A stretch of DNA of 64,000 nt, taken from positions 101,556,001 through 101,620,000 of the forward strand of contig NC_091478.1 of the NCBI RefSeq assembly GCF_036971445.1, given 5' to 3'. Shown here one piece after another: positions 38,507 through 49,640 of this stretch. The position numbers and the translations under genes are program-made. The notes under the pieces are model-generated. The model was given only the letters and a program-made list of their open reading frames with translations. It was not told the DNA's origin and ran no database searches. This DNA comes from Narcine bancroftii. Lineage: Eukaryota. Within the stretch, counting starts at the first letter, position 1; each line of letters begins with the position of its first letter.

Positions 38507-40774
38507 GAGTCAAGTCAAGTTTATTAATCAGCTGATTGCACAAGTACAACCCGATGAAACAGTGTACTCTGGTCCTCAGTGCAAAACATGCAGGCACGTG
38601 ACTAGACATTTCTTCTTTGGCTTGGCTTCGCGGACGAAGATTTATGGAGGGGTAATGTCCACGTCAGCTTTAAGCTCGTTTGTGGTTGACAAGTCCGATG
38701 CGGGACAGGCAGACAAGGTTGCAAGGGAAAATTGGTTGGTTGGGGTTGGGTGTTGGGTTTTTCCTCCTTTGTCTTTTGACAGTGAGGTGGGCTCTGCGGT
38801 CTTCTTCAAAGGAGGTTGCTGCCCGCTGAACTGTGAGGCGCCAAGATGCACGGTTTGAGGCGACATCAGCCCACTGGCGGTGGTCAATGTGGCAGGCACC
38901 AAGAGCTTTCTTTAGGCAGTCCTTGTACCTCTTCTTTGGTGCACCTCTGTCTCGGTGGCCAGTGGAGAGCTCGCCATATAACACGATCTTGGGAAGGCGA
39001 TGGTCCTCCAATCTGGAGACGTGACCTACCCAGCGCAGTTTGATCTTCAGCAGCGTGGATTCGATGCTGTCGGCCTCTGCCATCTCGAGTACTTCGATGT
39101 TGGAGATGAAGTCGCTCCAATGAATGTTGAGGATGGAGCGGAGACAACTCTGGTGGAAGCGTTCTAGGAGCCGTAGGTGATGCTGGTAAAGGACCCATGA
39201 TTCGGAGCCAAACAGGAGTGTGGGTATGACAATGGCTCTGTATACGCTAATCTTTGTGAGGTTTTTCAGTTGGTTGTTTTTCCAGACTCTTTTGTGTAGT
39301 CTTCCAAAGGCGCTATTTGCCTTGGGAGTCTGTTGTCGATCCTTGCATCGGATGAAATGGTGCAGCCGAGATAGGTAACCTGGTTGACCGCTTTGAGTTT
39401 TGTGTGCCCGATGGAGATCTGGGGGGGCTGGTAGTCATGGTGGGGAGCTGGCTGATGGAGGACCTCAGTTTTCTTCAGGCTGACTTCCAGGCCAAACATT
39501 TTGGCAGTTTCCGCAAAACAGGACGTCAAGCGCTGAAGAGCTGGCTCTGAATGGGCAACTAAAGCGGCATCGTCTGCAAAGAGTAGTTCACGGACAAGTT
39601 GCTCTTGTGTCTTGATGTGAGCATGCAGGCGCCTCAGATTGACTAGACATAGCACACATACAAAGAAGCAACAGGTATCAGGACAAGTATTCGTATATAC
39701 AAACAAATAAATAAATATAGTTTCATAAATGAGAGTCTTCGATGGTTAGTGGAAGCAGTTCCTTTGGTCCATTCAGGATTCTCATGGCCAGTGGGAAGAA
39801 TTTTTTCCTCAGCCTGGTGGTCCTGGCTCTGACTAATACTCCTATATCTCTTTCCCAACAGGAGCAGATGACAGATACTGTGTGCAGGATGGAAGGGGTC
39901 CGCAATGATTTTGTGCACCCAGTAGATCAGGTCGATGGGGGCGGTGGGGGGAAGGGAGGCTCCAACGCTTCACTCTGCCACTCTTATAGTCCTGTGGATT
40001 GACCTTCAATCCATTTCTCTGAAGCAACCGTACCACAATGGGATGCAGCTGTCCAGGATGTTCTTGATAGAGCTTCTGTAGAAGGTTGCACCTTCCTGAC
40101 AAGTGAGGAGATGTTGACTGTCCACGATAGGTCACTAGGTAAGTGAACAAGGAACTTGGTGCTCCCTACTACAGAATTATTGATGTGTAGTAGAGGGTGG
40201 TCATACCTGGTCCTCCTGAAGTCCACAATCATCACCTTGCTCTTCTCCACTTTGAGATCCAGGTTGTTACTCTCAAACTATTTCACAAAGTTTTCCATAC
40301 CTTCTCTGTAGTGCGACTCATCATTTTTGCTGAAGAGGCCAACTACTGTTGTGTCATCTGCATACTTGATGGCACTGTTGGAGCTGGACCTGGCGATGCA
40401 GTCGTGGGTCAGTTGCATGAACAGGAGCGAGCTGAGCACACAGCCCTGAGGTGCATCAGGTCTCAGCGTGACGGTGCTCGACATTCTGCTACTGACCCGT
40501 AAGGAAGTCCAGCATTCAATTACAGAGAAGGATGTTGAATACCAGCAAGGATAACTTCTCCACCAGCTTCTGGAGAATGATCATAATAAATGCCAAACAA
40601 AACCCAATGAACAGCAGCCTGGCATATGAGGTGATGTTCTCCAAGTGGGTCAGGATGGAGTGAAGCAACAAGGCTCTAGCATCGTCGGTGGAATGGTTTC
40701 TTCTGTAGGTGTATTGAAGTGGGTCCAGCGTCTCTGGGAGACATAATTCTCCAGGTGGGTCAGGATGGAGTGAA
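38507..40774 (-). mobile_element. Rex1/Babar-like LINE (RT domain to 3' end), interrupted by RTE
   Basis: APQGCVLSSLLF..THDC..KYADDTTVVGL; KSKVMIVDFRR; KIIADPFHPAH; (tcaag) tail. Confidence 0.9.
38610..39639 (-). mobile_element. RTE/BovB-like LINE, 5'-truncated, nested in Rex 3' UTR
   Basis: RELLFADDAAL..RIGLVNHKRA; 11-bp TSD TGACTAGACAT (38599-609, 39640-50). Confidence 0.95.
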
Positions 40775-41716
40775 ATGTTCCCTTCAGCTTCACAATCACA
40801 AACTGAAATGAATAGAAAGCAAGGAGGGATTGCAACATAACTGAGAGGTAGATCCTTAACACTACCTTAAAGGTATGGAAGGTAATTGTATGACCAAGGG
40901 TGTTTTTGGATCAAACACGAGGTATCCTGGCAAATTCAGGGTTCGAGGCCATTCCTAGTTCCTAAACAAGCTTGAGAAGGTTCTGGTGAGATACATTTTT
41001 AAACTATTCCATTATTTGTGGTAAAGGTTCTTTCAGGATACTATTAATGGGGAATTCCACAATTTTACTTCAGCAATAATGAAGGAAGTGGTGATATATT
41101 CCCACTTCACCCTTACTTCACTGGAAGGGGCAGTACATCCATGTGTTTGCTAAGATTTTATAATAGTTGAGTAATTCAGCAGGGGCATTCCAGAATGAGG
41201 AGCCAAATGAACAACTCAAATTGGAGACAGGCATGAATTGAGCAATGCAGACATCTTGGAGGGCTACAGAATATTGCACATATTCTGGATATTATGGATA
41301 ATATTGGGAACTACTGAAACCAAGTTGAAAATAAGCACAAGGAACCAAAAGCCAAGGTGGTGGAGAACAGTGAAAACTGGATGATGGGTAAACAGGACTC
41401 TGATTTAGGGAAGACAATCTTCACCCCGATATAAATTGGAGATAGTTTTCAGCTTTGCTTATTCATTCTCAGAGCAATCCACTCCCCTGACATCTCTCAC
41501 TTCGCACGATGGTGATAATTTATCCAGCTTGTCACAGGCAATTGAAGAGCTTTGTCACAAGAGAAAGTTCCTTCTTGTGGATAAATTGACTGAATGACAC
41601 AAAGGTGGCCAAGAAATTAATAGCTAATATTCATTGTAACCGAACTGTTGGACAAGCTTCAGAAATTTTGCTCAAAAGATTTCATTCTACTAATAATTAT
41701 GATATACATTTCAAGT

Positions 41717-43060
41717 GAAAAGAGGGTTGGTGCGAGAACACAGCCTTGCTTCACGCCATTGTTAATGGAGAAGGGTTCAGAGAGCTCATTGCTGTATCTG
41801 ACCCGACCTTGTTGGTTTTCGTGCAGTTGGATAATCATGTTGAGGAACTTTGGGGGACATCCGATGCGCTCTAGTATTTGCCAAAGCCCTTTCCTGCTCA
41901 ATCTTCTTCAGCATGATGCTGAACCAAGCCATGAAAGACCCCAACAATGAAGACGCTGTTTACATCCGGTACCGCACGGATGGCAGTCTCTTCAATCTGA
42001 GGCGCCTGCAAGCTCACACCAAGACACAAGAGAAACTTGTCCGTGAACTACTCTTTGCAGATGATGCCGCTTTAGTTGCCCATTCAGAGCCAGCTCTTCA
42101 GCGCTTGACGTCCTGCTTTGCGGAAACTGCCAAAATGTTTGGCCTGGAAGTCAGCCTGAAGAAAACTGAGGTCCTCCATCAGCCAGCTCCCCACCATGAC
42201 TACCAGCCCCCCCACATCTCCATCGGGCACACAAAACTCAAAACGGTCAACCAGTTTACCTATCTCGGCTGCACCATTTCATCAGATGCAAGGATCGACA
42301 ATGAGATAGACAACAGACTCGCCAAGGCAAATAGCGCCTTTGGAAGACTACACAAAAGAGTCTGGAAAAACAACCAACTGAAAAACCTCACAAAGATAAG
42401 CGTATACAGAGCCGTTGTCATACCCACACTCCTGTTCGGCTCCGAATCATGGGTCCTCTACCGGCACCACCTACGGCTCCTAGAACGCTTCCACCAGCGT
42501 TGTCTCCGCTCCATCCTCAACATCCATTGGAGCGCTCACACCCCTAACGTCGAGGTACTCGAGATGGCAGAGGTCGACAGCATCGAGTCCACGCTGCTGA
42601 AGATTCAGCTGCGCTGGATGGGTCACGTCTCCAGAATGGAGGACCATCGCCTTCCCAAGATCGTATTATATGGCGAGCTCTCCACTGGCCACCGTGACAG
42701 AGGTGCACCAAAGAAAAGGTACAAGGACTGCCTAAAGAAATCTCTTGGTGCCTGCCACATTGACCACCGCCAGTGGGCTGATAACGCCTCAAACCGTGCA
42801 TCTTGGCGCCTCACAGTTTGGCGGGCAGCAGCCTCCTTTGAAGAAGACCGCAGAGCCCACCTCACTGACAAAAGGCAAAGGAGGAAAAACCCAACACCCA
42901 ACCCCAACCAACCAATTTTCCCTTGCAACCGCTGCAATCGTGTCTGCCTGTCCCGCATCGGACTGGTCAGCCACAAACGAGCCTGCAGCTGACGTGGACT
43001 TTTTACCCCCTCCAAAAATCTTCGTCCGCGAAGCCAAGCCAAAGAAAGAAAAAAAAAAAA
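41717..43060 (+). mobile_element. Young RTE/BovB-like LINE with 5' inversion
   Basis: TSD ACATTTCAAGT (41706-16, 43061-71); 41716-41900 inverted (SRKGLWQIL..GVKQGCVLAPTLFS); sense part resumes at SIFFSMML; aagccaagccaaagaaag-polyA tail. Confidence 0.97.
41898..42992 (+). CDS. Uninterrupted partial RTE reverse-transcriptase ORF (5'-truncated, probably non-functional)
   Basis: LLFADD, FTYLG, RWMGHV, C-terminal CxxC..RIGLVSH; the ORF-track start at 41850 lies in the inverted segment. Confidence 0.85.
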   Translation, partial: SIFFSMMLNQAMKDPNNEDAVYIRYRTDGSLFNLRRLQAHTKTQEKLVRELLFADDAALVAHSEPALQRLTSCFAETAKMFGLEVSLKKTEVLHQPAPHHDYQPPHISIGHTKLKTVNQFTYLGCTISSDARIDNEIDNRLAKANSAFGRLHKRVWKNNQLKNLTKISVYRAVVIPTLLFGSESWVLYRHHLRLLERFHQRCLRSILNIHWSAHTPNVEVLEMAEVDSIESTLLKIQLRWMGHVSRMEDHRLPKIVLYGELSTGHRDRGAPKKRYKDCLKKSLGACHIDHRQWADNASNRASWRLTVWRAAASFEEDRRAHLTDKRQRRKNPTPNPNQPIFPCNRCNRVCLSRIGLVSHKRACS

Positions 43061-43415
43061 ACATTTCAAGTCCATTTGCTGCCTTTGTTTTCACTAATGT
43101 GATGGTATCACACTGGTATCAAGTTTGTTCTGACTTGTCAGTATAATTATTGTCCTATTGCACCTGATGCACAACAAGACTTATTTGTATTGAATCTTTC
43201 ACATTGTTGAGGATATCCCAATGCGCTTTACTGTCAATAATGTCCTTTTGAAATGAATATATTAGCAACCAAGTTACATAGAGCAAGTACCAACCAACTT
43301 TTAACATTCAAAGAATTGCTGGATGATTGCCTGACTGACCATTTCTAACCATGGACCTGTAGAATTCCTCCACCGAGTCTTTGTCTGGTCAAGATTCTAC
43401 CATTAGCAGCTTTTA

Positions 43416-44867
43416 ACATAACAATTACAGCACGGAAACAGGCCATTAGGCCCTTCTAGTCCACACCGAACCAAACACCCCTTTCTAGTCCCACCTCCCT
43501 GCACAATGCCCATAACCCTCTATCTTCTTCTCATCCATATACCTGTCCAACCTTTTCTTAAATGATACAATTGACTTCGCCGCCACTATTTCTCCCAGAA
43601 GATCATTCCACACGGCTACCACTCTCTGAGTAAAGAAGTTCCCCCTCATGTTACCTCTAAACCTCTTCCCCTTAATTCTTAACTCATATCCTTTTGTTTT
43701 AATCTTTCCTCCTCTTAACAGAAATAGTCTATCCACATCCACTCTGTCTATCCCTTTCATAATCTTAAATACTTCTATCAAATCCCCTCTCAACCTTCTA
43801 CGCTCCAAAGAATAAAGACCTAATCTGTCCAATCTCTCCCTATACTCTAGATGCTTAAACCCAGGTAACATTCTGGTAAACCTTCTCTGCACTCTCTCCA
43901 CTCTGTTTATATCCTTCCTATAATTAGGTGACCAGAACTGCACACAGAACTCCAAATTAGGCCGCACCAACGTCTTATACATTCTCAACATCACCTCCCA
44001 ACTCCTATATTCCATGCAATGATTGATAAAGGCCAGCATACTAAAAGCCTTCTTCACCACCCTATTAACGTGAGTTTCTACCTTCAGGGAACGATGTACC
44101 GTTACTCCTAAATCTTTCTGCTCTTCTGTATTCCTCAATGCTCTCCCATTTACCACGTATGTCCTATTCTGATTCTTCTTACCAAAATGAAGCACCTCAC
44201 ACTTATCAGCATTAAATTCCATCTGCCATTTTTCAGCCCACTTTTCTAAGCAGCCCAAATCCCTCTGCAATCCTTGAAAACCTTCTTCATTATCCACTAT
44301 TCCACCTATCTTAGTATCGTCTGCATATTTACTAATCCAATTCACCACCCCATCATCTAGATCATTAATGTATATAACAAACAACAATGGGCCCAATACA
44401 AATCCTTGAGGCACACCACTGGTCACCGGCCTCCAACCTGACAGACAATTATCCACTACCACTCTCTGGCCTCTCCCTTTCAGCCAATGTTCAATCCATT
44501 TGACTATCTTAAAATTTATACCTAAAAACTGCACCTTCCTAACTAACCTTCCATGTGGTACCTTATCGAAGGCCTTACTGAAGTCCATATAGACAACATC
44601 CACTGCGCTACCCTCATCCACATTCCTAGTCACCTCTTCAAAAAATTCAATCAGATTGGTCAAACATGACCTTCCTCCCACAAATCCATGTTGAGTGCTC
44701 CTGATCAGACCCTGTCTATCCAGATGTTTCTAAGTACTATCTCTAAGAATTTTCTCCATTAATTTACCTACCACAGACGTCAAACTTACAGGCCGATAGT
44801 TGCCAGGCTTCCTCCTTGAACCCTTTTTAAATAACGGAACCACATGCGCAATGCGCCAATCCTCCGG
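43416..44867 (-). mobile_element. CR1-clade (HER1-like) LINE, 5'-truncated, relatively young
   Basis: PGNYRPVSLTSVVGKLME upstream of a 398-aa ORF; tail ggactagaagggcctaatggcctgtttccgtgctgtaattgttatgtt. Confidence 0.95.
43485..44681 (-). CDS. CR1 ORF2 reverse-transcriptase fragment
   Basis: SCLTNL, DFSKAFDKVPH, GVPQGFVLGPLLF, KYADDTK, FFTQRVVAVWN. Confidence 0.85.
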   Translation of the reverse strand: MGGRSCLTNLIEFFEEVTRNVDEGSAVDVVYMDFSKAFDKVPHGRLVRKVQFLGINFKIVKWIEHWLKGRGQRVVVDNCLSGWRPVTSGVPQGFVLGPLLFVIYINDLDDGVVNWISKYADDTKIGGIVDNEEGFQGLQRDLGCLEKWAEKWQMEFNADKCEVLHFGKKNQNRTYVVNGRALRNTEEQKDLGVTVHRSLKVETHVNRVVKKAFSMLAFINHCMEYRSWEVMLRMYKTLVRPNLEFCVQFWSPNYRKDINRVERVQRRFTRMLPGFKHLEYRERLDRLGLYSLERRRLRGDLIEVFKIMKGIDRVDVDRLFLLRGGKIKTKGYELRIKGKRFRGNMRGNFFTQRVVAVWNDLLGEIVAAKSIVSFKKRLDRYMDEKKIEGYGHCAGRWD

Positions 44868-46114
44868 ATTGTGTGCTTTTGTGTTTTTTTTTTAAAAACA
44901 TTGTGCTTCAAATAAAATTACTTTGATGTCAATTGATAAATCCAGCAAAGGGTAGAACACTAATTATTCTAATATAGTGGTGCAAAGTTTTTTTTTTACT
45001 TCCACCCAAAAAAGCAGAGCAGACTTATGTACTCGGCCTGTCTCACAGACCACGCCTCCTTAAAACTTGCACTGGATTATCAGTGCTGGAGTCACTGCAG
45101 TGAAACCAGAACCCACAACTTTCTGATGGTAACATTTTATCGTGAAACATTAATGCAGCCAAATCACATCCACAAGAGGATGAGTTTTGTTGGGTCACAG
45201 CTCAAGCTATCTAGTCGTCTTGACTTTATCACATAACCCAATTTTACAGCACAACTTCCCCTGATAATGAATTGTGTTTTTTTTTTAAATCAAAACATGG
45301 CTACCTTATCTCTGTATCCTTTTAAAACTTTAAAAAACAAAATTATTTGTAAATTAACTGTGCTGAAAGAACTGGTAGGCTCTCTTTGATGGGCTAACAG
45401 AATAGCGACCAATAGCATAAAATAAGGCATTAAGGTTTGGTTTGAATGGGATAAGTGGAGTCAAGATAGCACCCAAAGCTATCGTCAGAGCATTAAGCCT
45501 CCTTCCTGTTAGACACAGGGAGGGATATTTGTTTTATAACTGCCTGACTGTTAACCTCTCAGATCACAGACACATTTCCTATGATAAGAGATAAGGCACG
45601 CTTATTAAACATACAAAGTAGGTCTGTTGAAAGATTAAAGCCTCCTTTCCATTGATAAAAGCACTTCTGTTTTTAAATTGGGCTAAAAGTAGTCACAGGG
45701 TGGATTCATTTTAACTCAGTGAGGCAAGCTTTCGCTGCCACTCTTCATTGTGGAGACCGTCATCTGTGGTTGTTGCTTTTACCCAGTTACTTCCTCTCTG
45801 TGGAGCTGACATGGGAATTGAGAGTTCAGATGGGCATTCTGAATTGAGCTGCTTGACTTAATGATGGCACTGCAACACCTCCAGCAAATTAGTGAATTAT
45901 GGATTTGAACGATGGCTGAGAGGTTAGGACTCTTACCTTTGAGTTGGCAGGCTCAAATCCATCTCCAGATACCTGAACACAAAATGTATTGTGGCACCTT
46001 TTGGATCAGATGAAATATGTACAATAAGGAATCACTTCCTTACAGAGAAGAGTATTTCCCATCCAGAAATACCAAAAGTTCATCAACATGAAACAATAAC
46101 CCTGCTTTTCTTTC

Positions 46115-46485
46115 GTTCAAGTTTATTATCATCTGATTGTACATATACAACCCAATGAAACAGTGCCTCTCCAGATCATGGGGCTCACACAAATAATTAA
46201 AATATATATAAATATTTGGGATGATGGTGACAGAATATTTTTCATCAATCTCACAACCTGTGTGAAGCAGCTATTTCCCAGCCAGGCAGTCCTGATTCTC
46301 CTTCCTGATGGTAGTGGATTAAAGATGCTGTGTGGTGAATGGAAAAGGTTTTTTTTCCAAATAATTCCTTGAGCACTATTTAGGCAACACTCCCAATAAA
46401 TGTCATCACCATCGGCAGTGATCCGCTCAGCTGTTTTAATTATCCTCGGTATAGATCTCTGGTTGCAGCTACCATACCACATAAT
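46115..46485 (-). mobile_element. Rex1/Babar-like LINE 3' fragment
   Basis: WYGSCNQRSIPRIIKTAERIT..LPSGRR; caagtttattatcatctgattgtac tail. Confidence 0.75.
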
Positions 46486-46494
46486 GATATGGTA

Positions 46495-47380
46495 AACAAT
46501 TTAACCAATTGTATAGTTCGAGAAGGTTACCATGAAAGTTGATGAAGGAAGGGCTGTGGATGTTGTCTACATGGACTTTAGTAAGGCCTTTGATAAAGTC
46601 CTGCATGGGAGGTTATTCAGGAAGGTTCAGGTGAAGGAATGAACTAGATTTGACAATAGCTGGACAGGTGATTGCTTCTCAGACTGTAGGTCTGTGCCTC
46701 AGGGATCGGTGCTAGGACCATTGCTGTTTACCATCTATATCAATGACCTGGATGATAATGTGGTAAATGGGATCAACAAGTTTGCAGAGGACACCAAGAA
46801 TGGAAGCATGTGAACAGCAAAGAAGGTTTTTAAAGCTTGCTAAGGGATCTGGACCAAGTCAAAAAAATGGTAGATGGAATTTAATGCAGACAAGTGTGAG
46901 GGGTTTCATTTTGGAAAGCCAAACCAAGAAAGGACATACACGGTAAATGGTAGGGCACTGAGAAGTGTGGAAGATCAGCAGGATCTGGGAATACAGATAT
47001 GTAATTCTGTGAAGTGATGTCACAGGTGGATAGGGTTATAAAGAGAGCTTTAGGCATATTGGCCTTCATAAATCTAAGTATTGAGTATTGGAGTTGGGAT
47101 GTTATGGTGAAGTTGTACAAGACATTGGTGAGTCTAAATTTGGAGAATTGTGTGTAGTTTTGATCACTCAACTACAGGAAAGATATCAATAAGATAGAAA
47201 GTGTGCAGATATTGACTAGGAAGTTGCCCGGACTTATGGAACGAAGTTACAGAAAAAAGTTGAACAGGTTAAGACTTTATCCCCTGAATGTGGGGAAATT
47301 AAATAGAGGCATTTAAAATTATGAGTGAGATAGACAGAGTAAATATAGATAGCTTTTTCCACTGAGGGTAGGCGAGATAC
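46495..47380 (+). mobile_element. CR1-clade LINE RT fragment (degenerate)
   Basis: [44 protein letters not shown] with frameshifts. Confidence 0.9.
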
Positions 47381-48159
47381 AGATCCACAAACCAGATCCT
47401 TCTGCAGCTCTACTCGACTAACCCACACCTTCATTTCTGGCTCATACAAATTCAATTTTGCAGAATCATTACTGGATGAAATTATAATCAATGGTCAGTC
47501 ACACCTAAATGTATAGGGTGCAATGCACAAATGAGCAGGAGATGTGGCATCCATAGGAAGTAACGGGTAACCAACATTTAAAATCAGAATCCTTCGTCAA
47601 GTAAAAAACAAAAGCAGGCAGGTGTTTCTGACCAAGAAAGAAAAAAAATCCAAGTATTAACGAAATGGTGAAAAAGGTAGAACGGCTGGAGGATTAGTGA
47701 AACAATTTCTACAGATCATTAAAATATTTCAAGATCTAATCAGAAAGGCTAATAGAATATTAGCATTTGTAACATGAAGCCACAGGCAGACAGATCTGGA
47801 GAACTGTGCATAGGTCCATGCTTTTTGAAATGATGTATTGGTCTTTGAACAAGATTCATCAGCATGTTATTTTTTTTAGATTAAACAATCAGTTTAGATT
47901 ATCAATTCAAATTACACAAAGAAGGGTTGGTTACAGTCTCAGGCATGTGGGTTTGGAAGTGATTTGAATGAGACATTTTAGAATTGTAGGAATTCAGTAG
48001 GTACACAGAAAAGATGAGTCGGTGAGTGAAGAAAAGGATATATCTGTAGCTGAGCCTCTGGAGGAATGTTAGGAAGGATTTCTTTACAGAAGGGTGAGAA
48101 AACTGTATGATTCTCAAGAAACATACTGGCTAAATGAATCATATGACATCTGTAATCAA

Positions 48160-48407
48160 TTTAGACATACAGGACAGTAATAGGCAATTTCGGCCCATGA
48201 GTCTGTACTGCTCAATTTACACTGAATTAACCTACTCCCCTGGTATATTTTGAACTGTGGGAGGAAACCAGAGACCCCAGGGAAAACCTACGCAGACACA
48301 GGGAGAATGTACAAACTCCTTACTGACCGCACGGGATTCAAACCCTGGCCCTGATCGCTGGCACTTTAGCAGTGTTGCACTACTCGCCTACGCCAACCAT
48401 GCTGCCC
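48160..48407 (-). mobile_element. HE1/V-SINE-like SINE (apparently nested in an old CR1 remnant ~47730-48500)
   Basis: Head gggcagcatggttggcgtagg..gggtttgaatccc; core gtaaggagtttgtacattctccctgtgtctgcgtagg. Confidence 0.85.
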
Positions 48408-48764
48408 TAAAGGTCAGAAAAGTATGAAATGAAGATGTCTGGATGAAGATAAAATGTCACAGCAAGTGTAAAGGGCTGAATGGCCTGTTCATGTTCCTTT
48501 GTAGACATTTGCTAATTCCATCACAACATTCATGACTGAGCCTTCAAATGGATTAAGGCATCTGGAATTCTTTGCCCACCCTCACCCCCTTTCTTTTTAG
48601 ATGCCACTTAAAGCCTTCTTTATTGGTAAAGCAGTTGGGCACTTGTCCTCATGCCTCATTCTTAGGTTTTGTGTCAACTTTGATCTGATTATATTTCTTG
48701 TAAGTACCTTAAAAAATGTTTAGATTGTTAAAATATATTTTTAAATACAGCTTACTGTTGCCAC

Positions 48765-49045
48765 CATAAGACATGAAAGCAGAAAGTGGGCTATTCAGCC
48801 CAAAAGGTCTGCCCTGCCATTTAATTAGGAGTTGATCCATTTTCCACACTAAGCCCCACTGCCTGGCCTTTTTGTAACTTTTGATGCCCTGACTAATCAA
48901 GAACCTATCAATCTCTGCCTTAAATACACCCAATGACTTGGCCACCACAACAGACTGAGGAAACAGTTTTACCACTCTCTGACTAAAGAAATTCTTCCAC
49001 ATTTCTGTTGTAATTGGATGCCTTATCCTGAAGTTGTACCCTCTC
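48765..49045 (-). mobile_element. CR1-clade LINE 3' end
   Basis: NFFSQRVVKL..LGVFKAEIDRFL. Confidence 0.85.
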
Positions 49046-49110
49046 GAAGCATCTACCTAGAGCATTTTTTGTATTAACTTAAAGAATTACCACAGTTAAT
49101 ATTTAACATA

Positions 49111-49640
49111 TTTGAGGAAGGATATACTGGCTTTGGAGATGGTCCAGAGGAGGTTTACTAGGTTGATCCCTGGGATGAAGGGGTTGACTTATGATGAAAG
49201 ATTAAATCGTCTAGGATTGTATTCGCTCGAGTTCAGAAGAATGAGAGGAGATCTTATAGAAACATATAGGATTATGAAGGGTATGGATAGGATAGATGTA
49301 GGAAGGTTTTTTGAGCTGGCCGGGAAAACTAAAACGAGAGGACACAGTCTCAAGATTCGGGGGAGTAGATTTAGGACAGAGATGAGGAAAAATAGTTTTT
49401 CCCAGAGAGTAGTGAATGTTTGGAATTCTCTATCCATGGAAGTGGTTGAGGCTGCTTCATTAAACATATTTAAAATTCGGTTAGATAAATCTTTACATGA
49501 TAGAGGAATTAGGGGATATGGGGAGAAGGCAGGTAGGTGGAGTTAGGTCATGATCGTATTGAATGGCGGAGCAGGCTCGATGGGCCATTTTTGGCCGACT
49601 CCTGTTCCTACTTCCTATGTTCCTATATATTCCTATGTTA
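49111..49640 (+). mobile_element. CR1-clade LINE 3' end
   Basis: KDILALEMVQRRFTRLIPG..RRMRGDLIETY..SQRVVNVWNSL; (ttcctatg) tandem tail. Confidence 0.92.

Noticed and set aside
39266-39706. 146-aa ORF with FADD motif as an independent gene
   Set aside because: N-terminus is Rex 3' UTR; the rest is a truncated, frameshifted RTE copy.
42623-43146. Recurrent antisense and alternative-frame ORFs (also 17928..18482, 38307..38858)
   Set aside because: Shadows of the GC-rich RTE ORF, repeated only because the element is repeated.
48765-49640. Divergent CR1 pieces as a third 5' inversion
   Set aside because: Both are 3' ends with different tails, separated by unrelated sequence, with no shared TSD.
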